Assembly: GCF_004010195.1 (NCBI RefSeq)
Contig: NC_057719.1
Coordinates: forward strand, 35,335,596 to 35,390,582
Source of the DNA: Chiloscyllium plagiosum
Taxonomy: Eukaryota
Reading direction: 5' to 3'
DNA length: 54,987 nucleotides
Shown: positions 1 through 13,279 of the stretch, piece after piece
Numbering within the stretch: the stretch's first letter is position 1
How the letters are laid out: every line of letters begins with the position of its first letter
Notes under the pieces: generated by a model
Databases searched by the model: none
Seen by the model: the letters and a program-made list of their open reading frames with translations, nothing else
Told to the model about the DNA's origin: nothing
Program-made: the position numbers and the translations under genes

Positions 1-245
1 AGGAGAAACTTCTTCACTCAGAGAGTGGTGGCTGTGTGGAATGCTCTGTCCCAGAGGGCAGTGGAGGCCCACTCTCTTTAAGAAAGAGTTGGATAGAGCT
101 CTCAAAGATAGTGGAATCAAGGGTTATGGAGATAAGGCAGGAACAGGATACTGATTAGGAATGATCAGCCATGATTATATTGAATGGCGGTGCAGGCTTG
201 AAGGGCTGAATGGCCTACTCCTGCACCTATTGTCTATTGTCTATT
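1..245 (+). mobile_element. CR1 LINE 3' end
   Basis: RRNFFTQRVVAVWNAL-type ORF2 C-terminus, followed by the 3' UTR and a (ctattgt)n tail. Confidence 0.85.
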
Positions 246-249
246 CACA

Positions 250-1030
250 AAGCTGAGAGGGTCACTGATAGCAAGTACAGAGAGGTGGCCAGGTCGCAGG
301 CTAAAACTCCACAAGCAGGCAGGGAATGGGTGACCAGATAAAGAGGACGAGGTCAGCAGTAACACCCCTGTGGACATTCCTCTGAAAAAACAGATATACT
401 GCTTTGGATACTGTAATGGGGTAATGACCTCTTAGGGGAAAGCAATAACAGTCAAACTTGTTGCACCATGATTTGGTCTGCTGCACAGAAGAGAGGAGGA
501 GAAAGTGTGAAATGCAATAATTATGGGCAATTCAAGTATAAAGGGAATAAACATACATTTCTGTGGCCACAAACAAGACTCCAGAATATTATATTGCTTC
601 TCTGATGCTAGGGTCAAGGATATCTCAGAGGCTATAGGACATTCTGGAGGGGGAGGGTGAACAGCCAGTGGTGTGGTAAACATTGGTACCAATGACATAG
701 ATGGCAAAAAAGGAATAAGGTCCTAAAAGCAGAGTGTAGGAAATAAGTTGAAAAGTAGGACCTCAAAGACAGTGATGTCAAGGTTACTTACTATGCCACA
801 TAGTAATTTAGAGTAGAAAAAACAGGATACGTCAGTTGAATGCATGGCTGGAAAGATGGTGCAAGAGAGAGGGATTCAGACTCCTGGGATATTGAAACTG
901 ATCCAGGGGGTGAGTGTAGAACCAGTACAAACTGGATGGGTTAACCTGGACAGGATCGGGACAGATGTCCTAGGGTAAGTATGTACTGGTGTGGTTGAGG
1001 CAGGTTTAAGCTCGAACAGCAGGAAGAAGG
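250..1030 (+). mobile_element. Decayed CR1 ORF1 esterase (SGNH-like) region
   Basis: Broken translation IIMGNSSIKG..FCG..DSR..DARVKDIS..NIGTNDID resembles the CR1 ORF1 motifs GDS, PGARV and HIGTND. Confidence 0.75.
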
Positions 1031-1074
1031 GAAACTAAGCACGGTGACAAGGGAAAGAGACAGACAGGCAGTAA

Positions 1075-2130
1075 CAAAAGAACAGTGAACAAAGAACAGT
1101 AAGCGCAGGAACAAGCACTTCAGCCCACCAAGCCCTTCTAAACTAAAAGCCTTTTGTCTCTATGCAACCAGTACCTATTCCCTGTCTATTCACGTATCTG
1201 TGAAGATGTCACTTAAACATTGCTATTCTATCTGCATCAACCATCTCCTCTGGCAGTGCATTCCAGGCATTTAGCTTCTTGTGTGTCAAAAAACTTTGAC
1301 TATCAAATCTCCTTTAAACTTTCCCCCTTTATCTTAAATCTATGCCCTCGAGTAATTGATATTTCTATCCCCAGGAAAAAGACTCCAACTCTTCATTCTA
1401 TCCATGCCTCTCAATTTTGTAAACTTCTTTCAAGTTGCCCCTCAATCTCCTACGTTCTCGTGAAGACAAACCAAGATTGTCCAATCTCTCTTCATAACTG
1501 ATATTCTCCAAATCAGGCAACATCTTGGTAACCTTTTATGCATCCTCTCAAAAACCTCCACCTCTTTATGGTAGTGCAGCAACTAGAACTGTATGCAATA
1601 TTCCAAATGCGGCATAACTAAAGAACTATACAGCTGCAAAATGACCAGCTAATTTTTATACTCTACACTCTGACCAATGAACACTAGCGTACCATACACC
1701 TTCTTGATCACCTTATCCACTTATGTTCAAGAGTGTGGTGCTGGAAAAGCACAGCAGGTCAGGCTGAGGAACAGGGAAATCAACATTTCGGGCAAAAGCC
1801 CTTCATCAGGCATTCCTGTGCGTTTCCAGCACCACACTTTTGACTCTAATCTCCAGCATCCACAGTACTCACTTTCACCTTATCCACGTATGCTGTCACT
1901 TTCAGAAAACTATGGACCTAAATGCCTAGATCCCTCAGTGTGTCAACGCATCCAAGGGTTCTGCCATTTATTGTATACCCACCTCCTGCATTAGACCTTT
2001 CAAAATGCGTCCTCATATTTACAGTCATAGAGTCAGAGTTGTACAGCATAGAAACAGACCCTTCAGTCCAAATTGCCCATGCCAACCAGATATCCTAAAT
2101 AAATTTAGTCCCATTTGTCAGCATTTGGTC
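1075..2130 (-). mobile_element. CR1 LINE 3' fragments (two tails), interrupted by a PLE unit at 1726-1874
   Basis: Reverse complement of the CR1 ORF2 C-terminus and 3' UTR. A second HER1-like tail lies at about 2022-2130. Confidence 0.75.
1726..1874. mobile_element. Penelope terminal-repeat unit (family A), fold-back, degenerate hammerhead motif on minus strand at 1786-1810
   Basis: gtgtggtgctggaaa...tttccagcaccacac inverted arms. Flanked by the direct repeat tcaccttatccac[t/g]tatg at 1708-1725 and 1875-1892. Confidence 0.75.
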
Positions 2131-2139
2131 TTTTAAATG

Positions 2140-2508
2140 ATGCAACACCCTGGAGATTATTATTGACCAGAAACTCAACTGGACTCAGCACAAACACAAC
2201 TGGCTACAAGAGTAGGTCAGAGGCTAGGAAAATTAGAAAACTCATCTCATAACTCCCAAAGTCTACCCACCTACAAGCACAAGTCAGGAGTGTGATGGAA
2301 TACTCCCCGCATGCCTGGATGAGTGCAGCACCAACAACACTCTAGAAGTTCGAGACCCTCTAGGACATAGCAGCCCATTCGTTTGGCACTACATCCACAA
2401 GTATGCACTCCTTTCACCATCGACATTCAATAGCAGCAGTATGTACTATCTACAAGATGCACTGCAGAAATTCACCGAAGATCCTCAGACAAAACCTTCC
2501 AAACTCAT
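2140..2508 (+). mobile_element. Non-LTR retrotransposon fragment, second family (CR1/L2 group, possibly Zenon-like)
   Basis: Encodes a QVRSVMEYSP.AWMSAAPTTL.K-type RT C-terminal region. The same family recurs several times in the window. Confidence 0.7.
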
Positions 2509-2509
2509 T

Positions 2510-3430
2510 TAAAAATCACACAACATCAGGTTATAGCCCAACAGGTTTAATTGGCAGCACTAGCTTTCAGAGCACCGCTCCTTCATCAGGTCGTTGTGGA
2601 GGACACAAGTGTAAGACACAGAATTTATAGCAAAAATTTACAATGTGATGTAACTGAAATTATACTTTGAAAAATACCTTGATTGTTTGTTGAGTCTTTC
2701 ATCTATTCGAATACCATGATAGTTTCACTATTTTCAGATGTAAATCTCAATTTTAAAAAAAGTTACATTCTCAGGTTAACTGTAACAATTGATGTTAGCT
2801 AGAGAATACGTTGAAGGTGTTAGCCCCCTGTGTTCTCTGTCTGTGCCATAATGTTTAGACTGATTCTAATCTAAAAAGTGAGTTAACAGAATCTTACATG
2901 AATTCATGCAGTTTTTGAGCAAAGTACAAAGACTATTGGAGAAGGGCCTCAACTGGAACCTTGGGTTCATGCCACATTACAAGTGACCACCAGTGCACTA
3001 TACACACACAGACATTCCTACACACACACACATACACATGGACACACGTATACACAGACACACACACTCACACTTGCATCCCCTCACAGACTTAGACACT
3101 TTATACTCACACATACACACACTCACTCACTCACTCACAACCCCCCACCCCAGACAGACAGACACGCATATAAGTTTGTGGGGTGAATTTGTACTTGCAG
3201 AGTCACATTGAACTTTGCTCAAAAACTGCCCTCACAGACTTAGACACTTTATACTCATACATACACACACTCACTCACTCACAACCCCCCACCCCAGACA
3301 GACACACACGCATATAAGTTTGTGGGGTGAATTTGTACTTGCAGAGTCACATTGAACTTTGCTCAAAAACTGCATGAATTCATGTAAGACTCTGTGAACT
3401 CACTTTTTAGATTAGAATCAGTCTAAACTT
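2510..3430. mobile_element. Penelope-like element (family B) 3' region in inverted arrangement, with (CA)n-rich tract and internal ~150-bp tandem duplication
   Basis: Segment 2851-2928 is inverted relative to 3350-3430. GLNWNLGFMPHYK* at about 2943-2985 resembles a PLE GIY-YIG C-terminus. Duplicated unit at 3080-3229 and 3229-3373. Hammerhead motif at 2558-2594 on the minus strand. Confidence 0.75.
2558..2594 (-). ncRNA. Minimal type-I hammerhead ribozyme motif, family B
   Basis: Minus strand: gac CTGATGA a ggagc ggt gctct GAAA gc TA gtg. It has the core, stem II, an AGCT palindrome as stem III and a partial stem I. Confidence 0.6.
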
Positions 3431-3434
3431 ATGC

Positions 3435-4670
3435 CGTCTAGTTTTGGACTCCCCTACCCCGGGGAAAAGACCTCGACTATTCATCCTATCCATGCCCCTC
3501 ATGATTTTTATAAACCTCCACAAGGTCACACCTCAGCTTCCGTGCTCCAGGCGAAATAGCCCCAACCTATTCAGTCTCTCCTTATAGCTTAAACCCTTCA
3601 ACCCTTGCAACATCCTTGTAAATCTTTTCTGAACCCTTTCAAGTTTCACAACATCTTTCCTAAAGCAGAACTGAAAGCAGTATTCCAGAAGTGGCCGAAG
3701 CAATGTGGCCGCAACATGACATGTCAACTTCTATACTCAATGCACTGACCAATAAAGGCAAGCACACCAAACGCCTTCTTCACTACCCTGCCTACCTGCT
3801 GTTCCACTTTCAAAGAACCATGAACTGCATTCCTCGGTCTCTTTGTTCAGCAACACTCCCCAGGACCCTACCATTAAGTGGTCCAGGTTAAATTCCATCT
3901 GCCATTTTTCCACCCAAGTCTCCATTCTATCTATATTCTGCTGGATCCACTGCCAATTCTCCTCATTATCTGTAGCTCCTTCAATCCTGCATCGCCTTCA
4001 AACTTACTCATCAGACCATCTACACTCTCCTCCAAATTATTAATATATATTTTACAAACAACAGCAGTCCCGGCACTGATCCTTGTGGAACACCACCACA
4101 GGTCTCCAGTCATAAAAACACCCCCCTCCTACTACTCCATGTCAGTTCAGCATCCATCCGACGAGCTCACTGCAGATCATATGTGACTTCACCTGTTGTA
4201 TCAGCCTACCATGAGGGACCTTGTCAAATGCCTTGCTAAAAGTCCATGCAGACAACATCTACCATCTTACTCTCATCAATAATCTTTGTCACTTCCTCAA
4301 AAAAAACTCAATCAAGTTTGTGAGGCATGACCTCCTCCACAAAGCCATGGTGCCTACCATTAATAAAGTTAAACGTCCAACAGGTTTGTTTGGAAGTACA
4401 AGGTTTTGGAGCACTGCTTCTTCATCAGGTAGCAGTCTGAAAGCTTGTACTTCCAAATAAACCTGTTGGACTAGATCCTGGTGTTGTGTGATTTTTAACT
4501 TTGTCAACCCCAGCCCAACACCAGCACCTCCACATCATGGCTATCATTAACAAGTCCATACTTTTTCAAGTGAGAGTAAATCCTGTCCTTAAGAGTCTTC
4601 TCCAATAGTCTCCCTACCACTGATGCAAGACTCACTGGCCTGTAATTTCCCAGATTATCCTTGTTGTCCC
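3435..4670 (-). mobile_element. CR1 LINE ORF2 fragments (C-terminus and RT)
   Basis: ORF-track peptides LLRPLLEYCFQF..KDVVKLERVQKRFTRML, SCLTNLIEFF and GNYRPVSLASVVGRLLE are CR1 RT motifs. Confidence 0.85.
4365..4540. mobile_element. PLE family B terminal-repeat fold-back doublet nested in CR1, with degenerate hammerhead
   Basis: gtccaacaggtttgtttggaagtacaag is inverted to cttgtacttccaaataaacctgttggac, with cttcatcaggt in the middle. Confidence 0.7.
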
Positions 4671-4858
4671 TCTCATGGGAGAGTCGAGGGCTGGAGGGCG
4701 CAGTCTTAGAATAAAGGGGCGCCAAGTTAAGATTGAGATGAGGAGAAATTTCTTCTCTCAAAGGGTTGTCTTTGGAACTCCTTGCACAGGGAGCTGTGGG
4801 GCTGAGTCCTTGGGTATATTTAAGGCTAAGACAGATTCTTAGAATCAAGGGTGAAGAA

Positions 4859-5175
4859 GGGGCGGCACGGTGGCACAGTGGTTAGCACTGCTGCCTCACA
4901 GCGCCTGAGACCCGGGTTCGATTCCCGCCTCAGGCGACTGACTGTGTGGAGTTTGCACATTCTCCCCGTGTCTGCGTGGGTTTCCTCCGGGTGCTCCGGT
5001 TTCCTCCCACACTCCAAAGATGTGCAGGTCAGGTGAATTGGCCATGCTAAATTGCCCATAGTGTTAGGTAAGGGGTACATGTAGGGGTATGGGTGGGTTG
5101 CGCTTCGGCGGGACAGTGTGAACTTGTTGGGCCGAAGGGCCTGTTTCCACACTGTAAGTAATCTAATCTAATCTA
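4859..5175 (+). mobile_element. HE1-type (V-SINE) tRNA-derived SINE, full length and young
   Basis: A box (tggcacagtgg), B box (ggttcgattcc), V-domain gtgtggagtttgcacattctccccgtg, CR1/HER1-like tail ending (aatct)n. Possible gaagaa TSD at 4853-4858 and 5178-5183. Confidence 0.9.
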
Positions 5176-5619
5176 AAGAAGAAAATGGATGTGAAGCAAG
5201 TCAGATCATATATCATCCTACTGAATGGTGAGCAGGCTCAAGGGACCAAGTGCCCTACTCCTGTTCCTAATTCTTATGATCTTACTGATTTGTGCAATGC
5301 CCATCGTCTCCAATCTCTACTCATAGTTACAATTCTCCAGACCTGGCAACATTCTGGTAAATCTTCTTTGTTCTCTCTCCAAAGCAGTTCCATTCTTCCT
5401 GTAAGGTGGTGACCAGAACTGCACACAATACTCCAGTTGTGGGCTCACCAGTGACTTTTACAGTTTTGTCATTATATAATTACTTTTGTATTCTATACCT
5501 CTGCTGATGAAGGAGAGCATTCCACATACTTCCTGTACTACTTTATCTACCTAAACACCTATCTTGCACGCCAAGATCTCTCACTTCATCTATCTCTCTC
5601 AACACATTCCCTTTTTTTA

Positions 5620-5960
5620 TTCATTCACAGGCTGAGGGCATCACTGGCAAGACTAGCATTTATTGCCCATCCCTAATGCCAGAGAGCAATTTAGAGACAA
5701 TCACATTGCTGTGGGTCTGAAGTCACATGTAGGCCAGACCAGGTACGGATGGCAGTTTCCTTCACTAAAAGGACATTAGCGAAGCAGATGGGTTTTTTGG
5801 ATAGTAGACAATGGATTCATAGTCACTGAGAGACTCTTAATTCCTGATATTTATTGAATTCTAATTCCACCATCTGTAGTGGTGGGATTCAAATCCAGGT
5901 CCCCAGAACTTGGGTCTCTCAATTAACAGTCCAGTGATAATACCAGTAGGTCACTGCCTC
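5620..5960 (-). mobile_element. tRNA-derived SINE (second family) sharing its 3' tail with the CR1/L2-group LINE
   Basis: Minus-strand head has A/B-box-like motifs (actggtattatcactggactgttaat...ggatttgaatcccacc). The tail gcatttattgcccatccctaa matches LINE ends at about 31860, 33050 and 51085. Confidence 0.6.
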
Positions 5961-6210
5961 CCCTTATTGGGTTTCCCTTTTCCTGTTCCAATTCCCTAAA
6001 TGCATTACCTCACACTTAGAGTGGAACTTCACCTGCCACTTTCCTACCTGCTCACCAATCCATCTTTATTATTTTGGAGCTTACAGCTATCCTCTACACT
6101 ACTCACTGCATGATCAATTTTTGTGCCATTTGCAAATTTCCCAATTGTGTCTCTCATGTTCAAATCCAATTAATTCATGTGCAAAACAAACAGCAGGGAC
6201 CCTAGCAGGA

Positions 6211-6338
6211 GTTCCTGATGACGGGCTTATGCCCAAAACATCGACTCTCCTGCTCCTGGGATGCTGCCTGACTGGCTGCGCTTCTCCAGCACCAGAGTCT
6301 TCGACTCTGATCTCCAGCATCTGCAGTCCTCACTTTGA
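6211..6338 (+). mobile_element. PLE family A terminal-repeat unit, degenerate hammerhead
   Basis: ttcCTGATGAcgggcttatgcccAAAAcatcg (GAAA mutated), followed by ...ctccagcatctgcagtcctcacttt. Confidence 0.75.
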
Positions 6339-8239
6339 CCGAGCCATGGTCCTAATACCAAGCCGTGCAGAGCACCACTTAAAGAATATGGAACAGTACA
6401 GCACAGTACAGGCCCTTCGGCCTTGATGTTATGCCGACTTTTTACCTTATTCTTAGATCAAACTAACCGACATACCCTACATTTTACTATCATCCAAGTG
6501 TCTATCCAAGAGTTGCTTAAATGTCCTTAATGTATCTGACCCTTCTATCGCTGCTGGCAATGTATTCCATGCACCCACCACTCTCTGTGTAAAGAACCCA
6601 CCTCTGACATCTCCCCTAAACCTTCCTCCAATCATCTTAAAATTATGCCCCCTTGTGATAGCCATTTCCACCTTGGGAAAAAGTCTCTGGCTATCCACTC
6701 TACCTGTCCCACTCATCATTTTGTACACCTCTATCAAGTCATTTCTCATCTTTCTTTGCTCCCTCAGCCTTTCTTCATAAGGCATGCCCTCCAGTCCAGG
6801 CAGCATCCTGGTAAATCTCCTCAGCAGCCTCTCTAAATCTTCCACATCCTTCTTATAATGAGGCGACCAGAACTGAACACAATATTCCAAGTATTGTCTA
6901 ACAAGGACTTTATAGAACTGTAGCATAACCTTGTGGCTCTTAAATTCAATTTACCTGCTAATGAAAGCCATTCCAACAGTTTTCCAATCGCAAGGGCAGC
7001 CATCGACCATTGCCCTTTATTTCCTGCTAATAAGCCAACTTTGGATCCAATGTGATACATTATCCTGTGTTCCATGGATTTTGAATTTTTTGACCAGTCT
7101 GCCATGTGGGACCATGTCAAACACCATATTAAAATCCATGTAGACAAGATCCAATGTACTATCCCTCATCGATCCTCCTTCTCACTTCCCCAAACAATTC
7201 AATCAAATTTGTACGGCATGATCTGCCCTTAATAAAACCCTGCTGATTATCCCTCATTAGTTCATGACTTTCTAAGATAACATCTAAGCTAATCCAATCT
7301 CTCAGGACTAATTTTGATAATTTGCCCATCACAGACGTGGCCTATAATTGTTTTGCACTTCCTTTGTACCTTTTTAAGCAACAGAACTACATTTGCATTC
7401 CTCCAGTCCTCCAGCATCTCACCTGTGTTCAGTGAAGATTGGAAAATATCCTTAGAGCATCAGCTTTTTCCTCCCTGACTTCTTTCAACATCCTAGGGAA
7501 CAATCCAACTGGCCCTGGGGTGATGTATCCACTTTCAAGGATTCCAACTCCTCTAACACTTGTTCTCTCGTTATGATTACTTTGTCCAATATTTCAGGTT
7601 GCTCCTCTTGGATTACTATATCCACATCATCCTTTCCTTTGTGAATATGGAGAAAAAAATTCATTTAAACATCTGCCCATATTCTCACCATCTGCACACA
7701 AGTTCCCTTCTTCATCTCTAATAGGTCACACCGTTTCCTTAACTATCCTTTTGCTCTTTAAAGTTTGGTAAAACATCTTTGAGCTTTCTTTTATCTTGTT
7801 TGCTAACATTTTTTCATACCTTCTCTTTGATTTCTTTGTTTCTTCTTTAACTGAATTCCTGTACTTTCTACATTCCTGTAGGCTATTGGCAATGTTGAGT
7901 CTTTTGGGACTATGATGAGCTTTCTATTTCTGTTTAATTTTCCCTTGTATTTTTATAGACAACTATGGGGGTCTAGATTTGGCAGTACCATTCTTATTTT
8001 GGACAGGACATATCTGCTTTATACGCTAATGATCACACTTTGGAACCTCCCATGGGTTTACAACTAATTTATCCTTTCGCAGTCTTGTCTAGTCTGTCTC
8101 AGCCAAGTCACTTCTTAGTTTTGTAAAATTTGCCATTCCCCAGTTTAAAATACTTACTCCTGATTTATCTTTGTCCTTTCATGTAATAATACTAAATCTA
8201 ACAGAATTGTGGTCACTATCCCTGGTATGGTCTACTGTC

Positions 8240-9365
8240 TAACTCTGTCTTAAACACATTCAACGACTTGGCTTCTACAGCCTTCTCCGGTAATGAGTTC
8301 TACAGATAAAGAAATTCCTCATCATCTAACTTAGGTCCCAGACTCAATCATCTCCACATCCACTCTATCTAGGCCTCTCAGTATTCTGTAAATTTCAATC
8401 AGATTCTCCTCCTCATCCTTCTAAACTCAAATGAGTACAGACCAGACACCTCAACACCCCTCTTGTGTTCAGCCCTTTCATTATTCTTATAAATCTCATC
8501 TGGACCCCCTCCAAGGACAGCAAGTCCTTCTTTAGATTTTGGGCCCAAAACTGCAGTTGTAAATGCAGTCCAACCAGAGCATTATTGTGCCTCAGCACAA
8601 CATCCCCGTTCTTGTATTCTCTCTCTCAAAACACATTCTAACATTGTACTGTATTTGCCTTTCTAATTGCCAAATAAACCTGCGTTATCCTTAGCAGAAT
8701 CCTGAACTCCTAAATCTCTTTATGCTTCAGATTTCACTTAGAAAGTACATACATCTCTTGCAAAGTACATAATCCCACACTTTCCCTCATTGTACTCCAT
8801 CTGCTATTTCTTTGCCCAAGACCTTCTGCAGCCTGCCCACCTCCTCAACACTCCCTGCACCTTCAACTATTTTTCTTCAATTGCAAACTTAGAAACAATG
8901 CCCTCAGTTCCTTTATCAAGACCATTGATATATATCATGAACAGCTGTGGTCCCAACACTGACCTCTGCAGAACTCCACTAGTCACCAGCTGCAATCCTG
9001 AAAAGACTTCTTTATCCTCCTTCTCTGTCTTCTCCCAGTCAATCCTCGATGCATGCCAGTACGTTGCCCTAACACCATGGGTCCTTATCTTATTAGTAGC
9101 TTCCTGAATGGCACCTTATCAAATGCTTTCTGGAAATCTAAATAGATCACGTCCACTGCTCTCCTTTGTATAACTTGCCTGTTACCTCCTCAAAGAATTC
9201 TAACAGATTTGTGACGCATGACCCTTGATGAAGCTATGTTGTCTCAGCCCTATTTTTCACGCACTACCAAGCACTCCACAATCTCATCCTTAATAACGGA
9301 CTCTAAAATCTTATCAATGACAGAGGTCAAGTTAACTAGCTGAGTATTTCCCATTTTCTGCCTAG
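8240..9365 (-). mobile_element. Decayed CR1 LINE ORF2 fragment
   Basis: Reverse complement gives DVIYLDFQKAFDKVP (about 9110-9155) and QFWAQNLKKD..LEGVQ.RF. Confidence 0.8.
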
Positions 9366-10796
9366 TCTGAAGTCCTCATGGTCACTGTATTTATCATTTC
9401 CACTAGGACCCTGTTCTAGCCCAATTTAGTTGCAAACCACCCAACAGCATAGTTATTTCCAGCCCCATTATTGGAGCCAATGTCCCATAAAATTGAAGCC
9501 CTCCTTTCCAAACAACTCCTTCAGTCAGATTATTACCTCCTTAATCTTTTTAACCTGATGTTAATTTGCACATTGTTCTGCTAAAAGCCTGAGATTACAC
9601 CGTTTGAGACCTATTTCATGATACTTGCCAATCATGGTCTCTTGCCTATTCTGTTTGTTGACCCAATGACTGAATTCACTCCTTGTCTTCAAAATTTCCC
9701 TTCAAACAAGCTTAAACCATCCCTCCCTCTGGCAAATGATCAGTAACAAGTAGGTTATATGATCTTGCTTACAAAGGATGCTTCTGGTTCCCTTATAGCT
9801 ATAATATTATGCTTCTCCTCCTCACTCTTTGAAGACTTTTCTACACCAAGTTGCTGGAGTAGGAAAAACACATTCCAGTTATCCTTCAGACAGCCATTAT
9901 TCTTTTCCTCAAAAACAGAAAGTAATTTTCTGCCAATCATCATTCTCGATCTCTCCTAAATCTACTTATAATGCACATCATCAGTTATATCAGCCACATC
10001 TCTCAATTATGTTTGACTGAGGTCTGAAGCAAATAGTTTGAATATTTCCCCATCACTTATGTGTGCTGTATGTCAGTTTACACTCAGCTCAATGACTCTC
10101 AGCCAGAATGATTTGATATGAAGATACTGCTGAACTGTTCACTTGGAATTATGTCCCTGACAAATTCACGTGCACACGTTGCACTCCTGCACTACAATCA
10201 AACAATGTTTTAGTCTAACTTATTTGTACATACTTTATAGTTTACAGATTGTTTTATTTGCTAACGTATAGTAAGCAAAATATTTGGTTAAGCTTGCAAA
10301 TACTTTGTCACAAGCCTATACATGCCAACCACAACAAGTGCAGGAGGCATAAAAATAGTACCTTTGTCCCTTTCGCCCAGAATTCTCACTTTCTCTAATT
10401 TCCCAAATTCTATTACAGCAGAGTTGGAATCTGAAACAAAAACAGAAAGTGTTGGAAATACTCAGCAGGTTTGACTGCATTGGATGTCACCACTGAGCAC
10501 ATCTTCCTCGTTCCTCCAACTACAGGCTTCTAAACTGGATCAGTTATTCTGTTTCACCCTATCCATTCCTCGAACAGTTTCAGCACACCCAATGCCTTTC
10601 CATAATACGTTAGAAATAGGCTGCCCAACATTCCTTGCATCCACTATCCCCCATTTTCTTCATAACCCTCAATTCCCCAGTTGATCAATAATCTATCAGC
10701 CTTAAATATACACACGTACTCTAAAGGACCCACTAGTTTTCTGTGGTAAGGCATTCTCAACCCTCAGAAAAGAAATTCCTCATTTCAGTCATCCTT

Positions 10797-11362
10797 TTAG
10801 AGTCATGGAGATGGACAGCATGGAAACAGACCCTTCGGTCCAACACGTCCATGCCGACCAGATATCTCAACCCAATCTAGTCCCACCTGCCAGCATCCAG
10901 CCCACATCCCTCCAAACCCTTCCTATTCATATACCCATCCAAATGCCTTTTCGATGTTGCAATTGTACCAGCCTCTGCCACTTCCTCTGGCAGCTCATTC
11001 CATACACGTACCACCCTCTGCGTGAAACATTTGCCCCGTAGGTCTCTTCTATATCTTTCCCCTCTCACCCTAAACCTATGCACTCTAGTTTTGGACTTCC
11101 CCCACCCAGGAAAACGATTTTGCCTATTTACCCTATCCATACTCCTCATAATTTTTTAAACCTCTATAAGGTCATCCCTCAGCCTCCTACGCTTCAGGGA
11201 AAACAGCCCCAGCCTGTTCAGCCTCTCCCTATAGCTCAAATCCTCCAACCCTGGCAACATCCTTGTAAATATTTTCTGAACCCTTTCAAGTTTCGCAACA
11301 TCTTTCCAATAGGAAGACGACCAGAATTGCACGTAATATTCCAACAGTGGCCTAACCAACGT
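10797..11362 (-). mobile_element. Young CR1 (HER1-like) 3' end
   Basis: ORFs VRPLLEYYVQFWS.. and FTQRVVRVWNELPEEV..GRWD, with a catgactct tail. Closely similar to 29520-30080. Confidence 0.9.
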
Positions 11363-11830
11363 TTATTGAGATTGTTTCTTAAATGCATTCATTTGTGGGA
11401 CAAGGGCATTGCTGGCTAGGCCAGCGTTTATTCCCCTTTGGTCTTAGATTCTTCCATGAGAGGAAACACCTTCTCAGCCTGCCAAGCTCCTCAAAAATTT
11501 TCTATGTTTCAGTGAGATCACCTTTATTCATCTATATTCCAGTGAAGAGTCCCACCCTGTTTAGCCATTGTTCAAAAAACAATCCTTCATGTCATGGATC
11601 ATTCCAGTGAACCTTTTCAGAACTGCCTCCAATTAAATATCTTTTCTTAAATAAGGGAATCAAAGCTGTTCACAGCACTCCAGATGTGATCTTGCCAGCA
11701 TCTTATACAGTTGCAGTAAGACTTCCCTACTCTTATACTCCAAACCACTTGAAATAAGGGTAAACATTCCATTAGGCTTCCGGGTTATCTGCTGTACCTG
11801 TGTGCTAGCTTCTGTTTCGTGCACAAGTAG

Positions 11831-12157
11831 AATCAGAGAATCCCTACAGTGCAGATGGAGGCCATTCAGCCAATCTAGTCTGCAAGACTCTCTGAAGAGC
11901 ATCCCACCCAGACCCACTATGTCCCCCTCTCAACTTTTCACTGTAACGCTGCAGTTAAAAAGGCACTATACCTCGCCTGCATATCACTGGACACTACGGG
12001 GAAATTTAGCATGGCCAATTCACCTAACCTGCGCATTTTTGGACTGTGGGAGGAAACTGATGCACTTGGAGGAAACCCACACAGACACAGAGAGAACATG
12101 GAAACTCCAAACTGTCACCCAAGGCCGGAATCAAAACTATTGTGCCACCGTGTCACC
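11831..12157 (-). mobile_element. HE1-type SINE, diverged
   Basis: Reverse complement of the V-domain (aatttagcatggccaattcacc...ggaggaaacccac) and of the head (tgtgccaccgtg). Confidence 0.75.
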
Positions 12158-13279
12158 CCTATACCCCAAGTCGCTTTTGTGTTGCAGCTTTCTGAAGAGG
12201 GCGGGGGAAGAGAAGTGATTGTCATGGGCATCTATGGGGCAGTCAGTGTGTGTAACTGGGAAGGGCAGGTGTGGGTATAGTTTTATATTTACCAAGAGTT
12301 AAAGTAGGTTTTAAATGTTGCCAAATAAAAAAGGTTGAAGTGGAAGCCTCTTACTTGGAGTTAGGGATTTATTCAGACAATTCGAGCTAACAAACAATTA
12401 ATGTGTAGTCATGGTATCAGACCCAATGTGCGCCTTTTGGGATACATCCAGTCGTTGGCTTTCATTAGCCCAGACAATTCCAGTCTAAATTTGTAAATGA
12501 GATGTAGGAACACCATCTCTGGGGGTATAGATGCAAAATCGCTAAACATGGTGGTAGAGGTTGATAATTCCATAAAAGGTGCAAATATAGAACTAGGGTT
12601 CAATCCTGTTTGACCTTTTTGATGAACTAACAATGAGGGTTGATGAGAATAGTGCGATTGATGTGGCAGACTTGCCTCTGTGAACATGTTTGATAAGGTA
12701 TTAAATAATGGACTTGTCAGTAAAATTGAGCCCAATAATAAGGAAGAAAAGGGATCATGGTTGCATTAACAACAAGTTAGCAAAAAGACAGAAAACAAAG
12801 AAATGTCAGTTTTTTGTGGTTTGTAGGAAAGTACCAGCAAACTTACCCAGGGATTGATACTCAGACCATACTTTTCCTCGCTGCACTTAAATAATCTAGA
12901 CTTTGGAGCGCTGGGCACAACTTTAAAATGCACGGATGACATAAAATTTGGAAGCATTATGAACTGTGAGGAGGATAGTGACAGACTTTAAAGAAACAGA
13001 CAGGTTGGCAGAATGAGCCCATATGTGGCAGATTAAGTTTAATACCAGGAAATGTGAAGTGATACATTACGGTAGGAGGAATGAACTTTTGAACCCGTAC
13101 CAGGTATTTATAGATAATCAATGATGCAAGTTGGAATGAGTTCTGATTGCAGATGGTCATGCTCGATGACTCAAACATCCATAAGTGCTCACAGCTTGTT
13201 TAATGGGCTGGCATATAGACATCAAGCTGCAAATTCCTACAGTTTACAATTCAAATGAAAATAAATAAATCTTACTGTA

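Larger units (their letters stand above)
5310..8220 (-). mobile_element. Long decayed CR1 LINE with nested insertions (SINE 5620-5960, PLE unit 6211-6338, younger CR1 3' end 6385-6960)
   Basis: ORF 6477-6926 (LEYCVQFWSPHYKKD..FFTQRVVGAWNTL). RT motif DFNMVFDMVPH at about 7110-7140. Decayed endonuclease-side sequence extends to about 8220. Confidence 0.75.

Noticed and set aside
2983..3211. His/Thr-rich ORFs
   Set aside because: They are translations of a (CA)n-rich tract in a Penelope 3' region.
4859..4935. tRNA gene (also at 18548 and 44037)
   Set aside because: The A/B boxes belong to SINE heads that continue into SINE bodies and tails. There is no complete cloverleaf.
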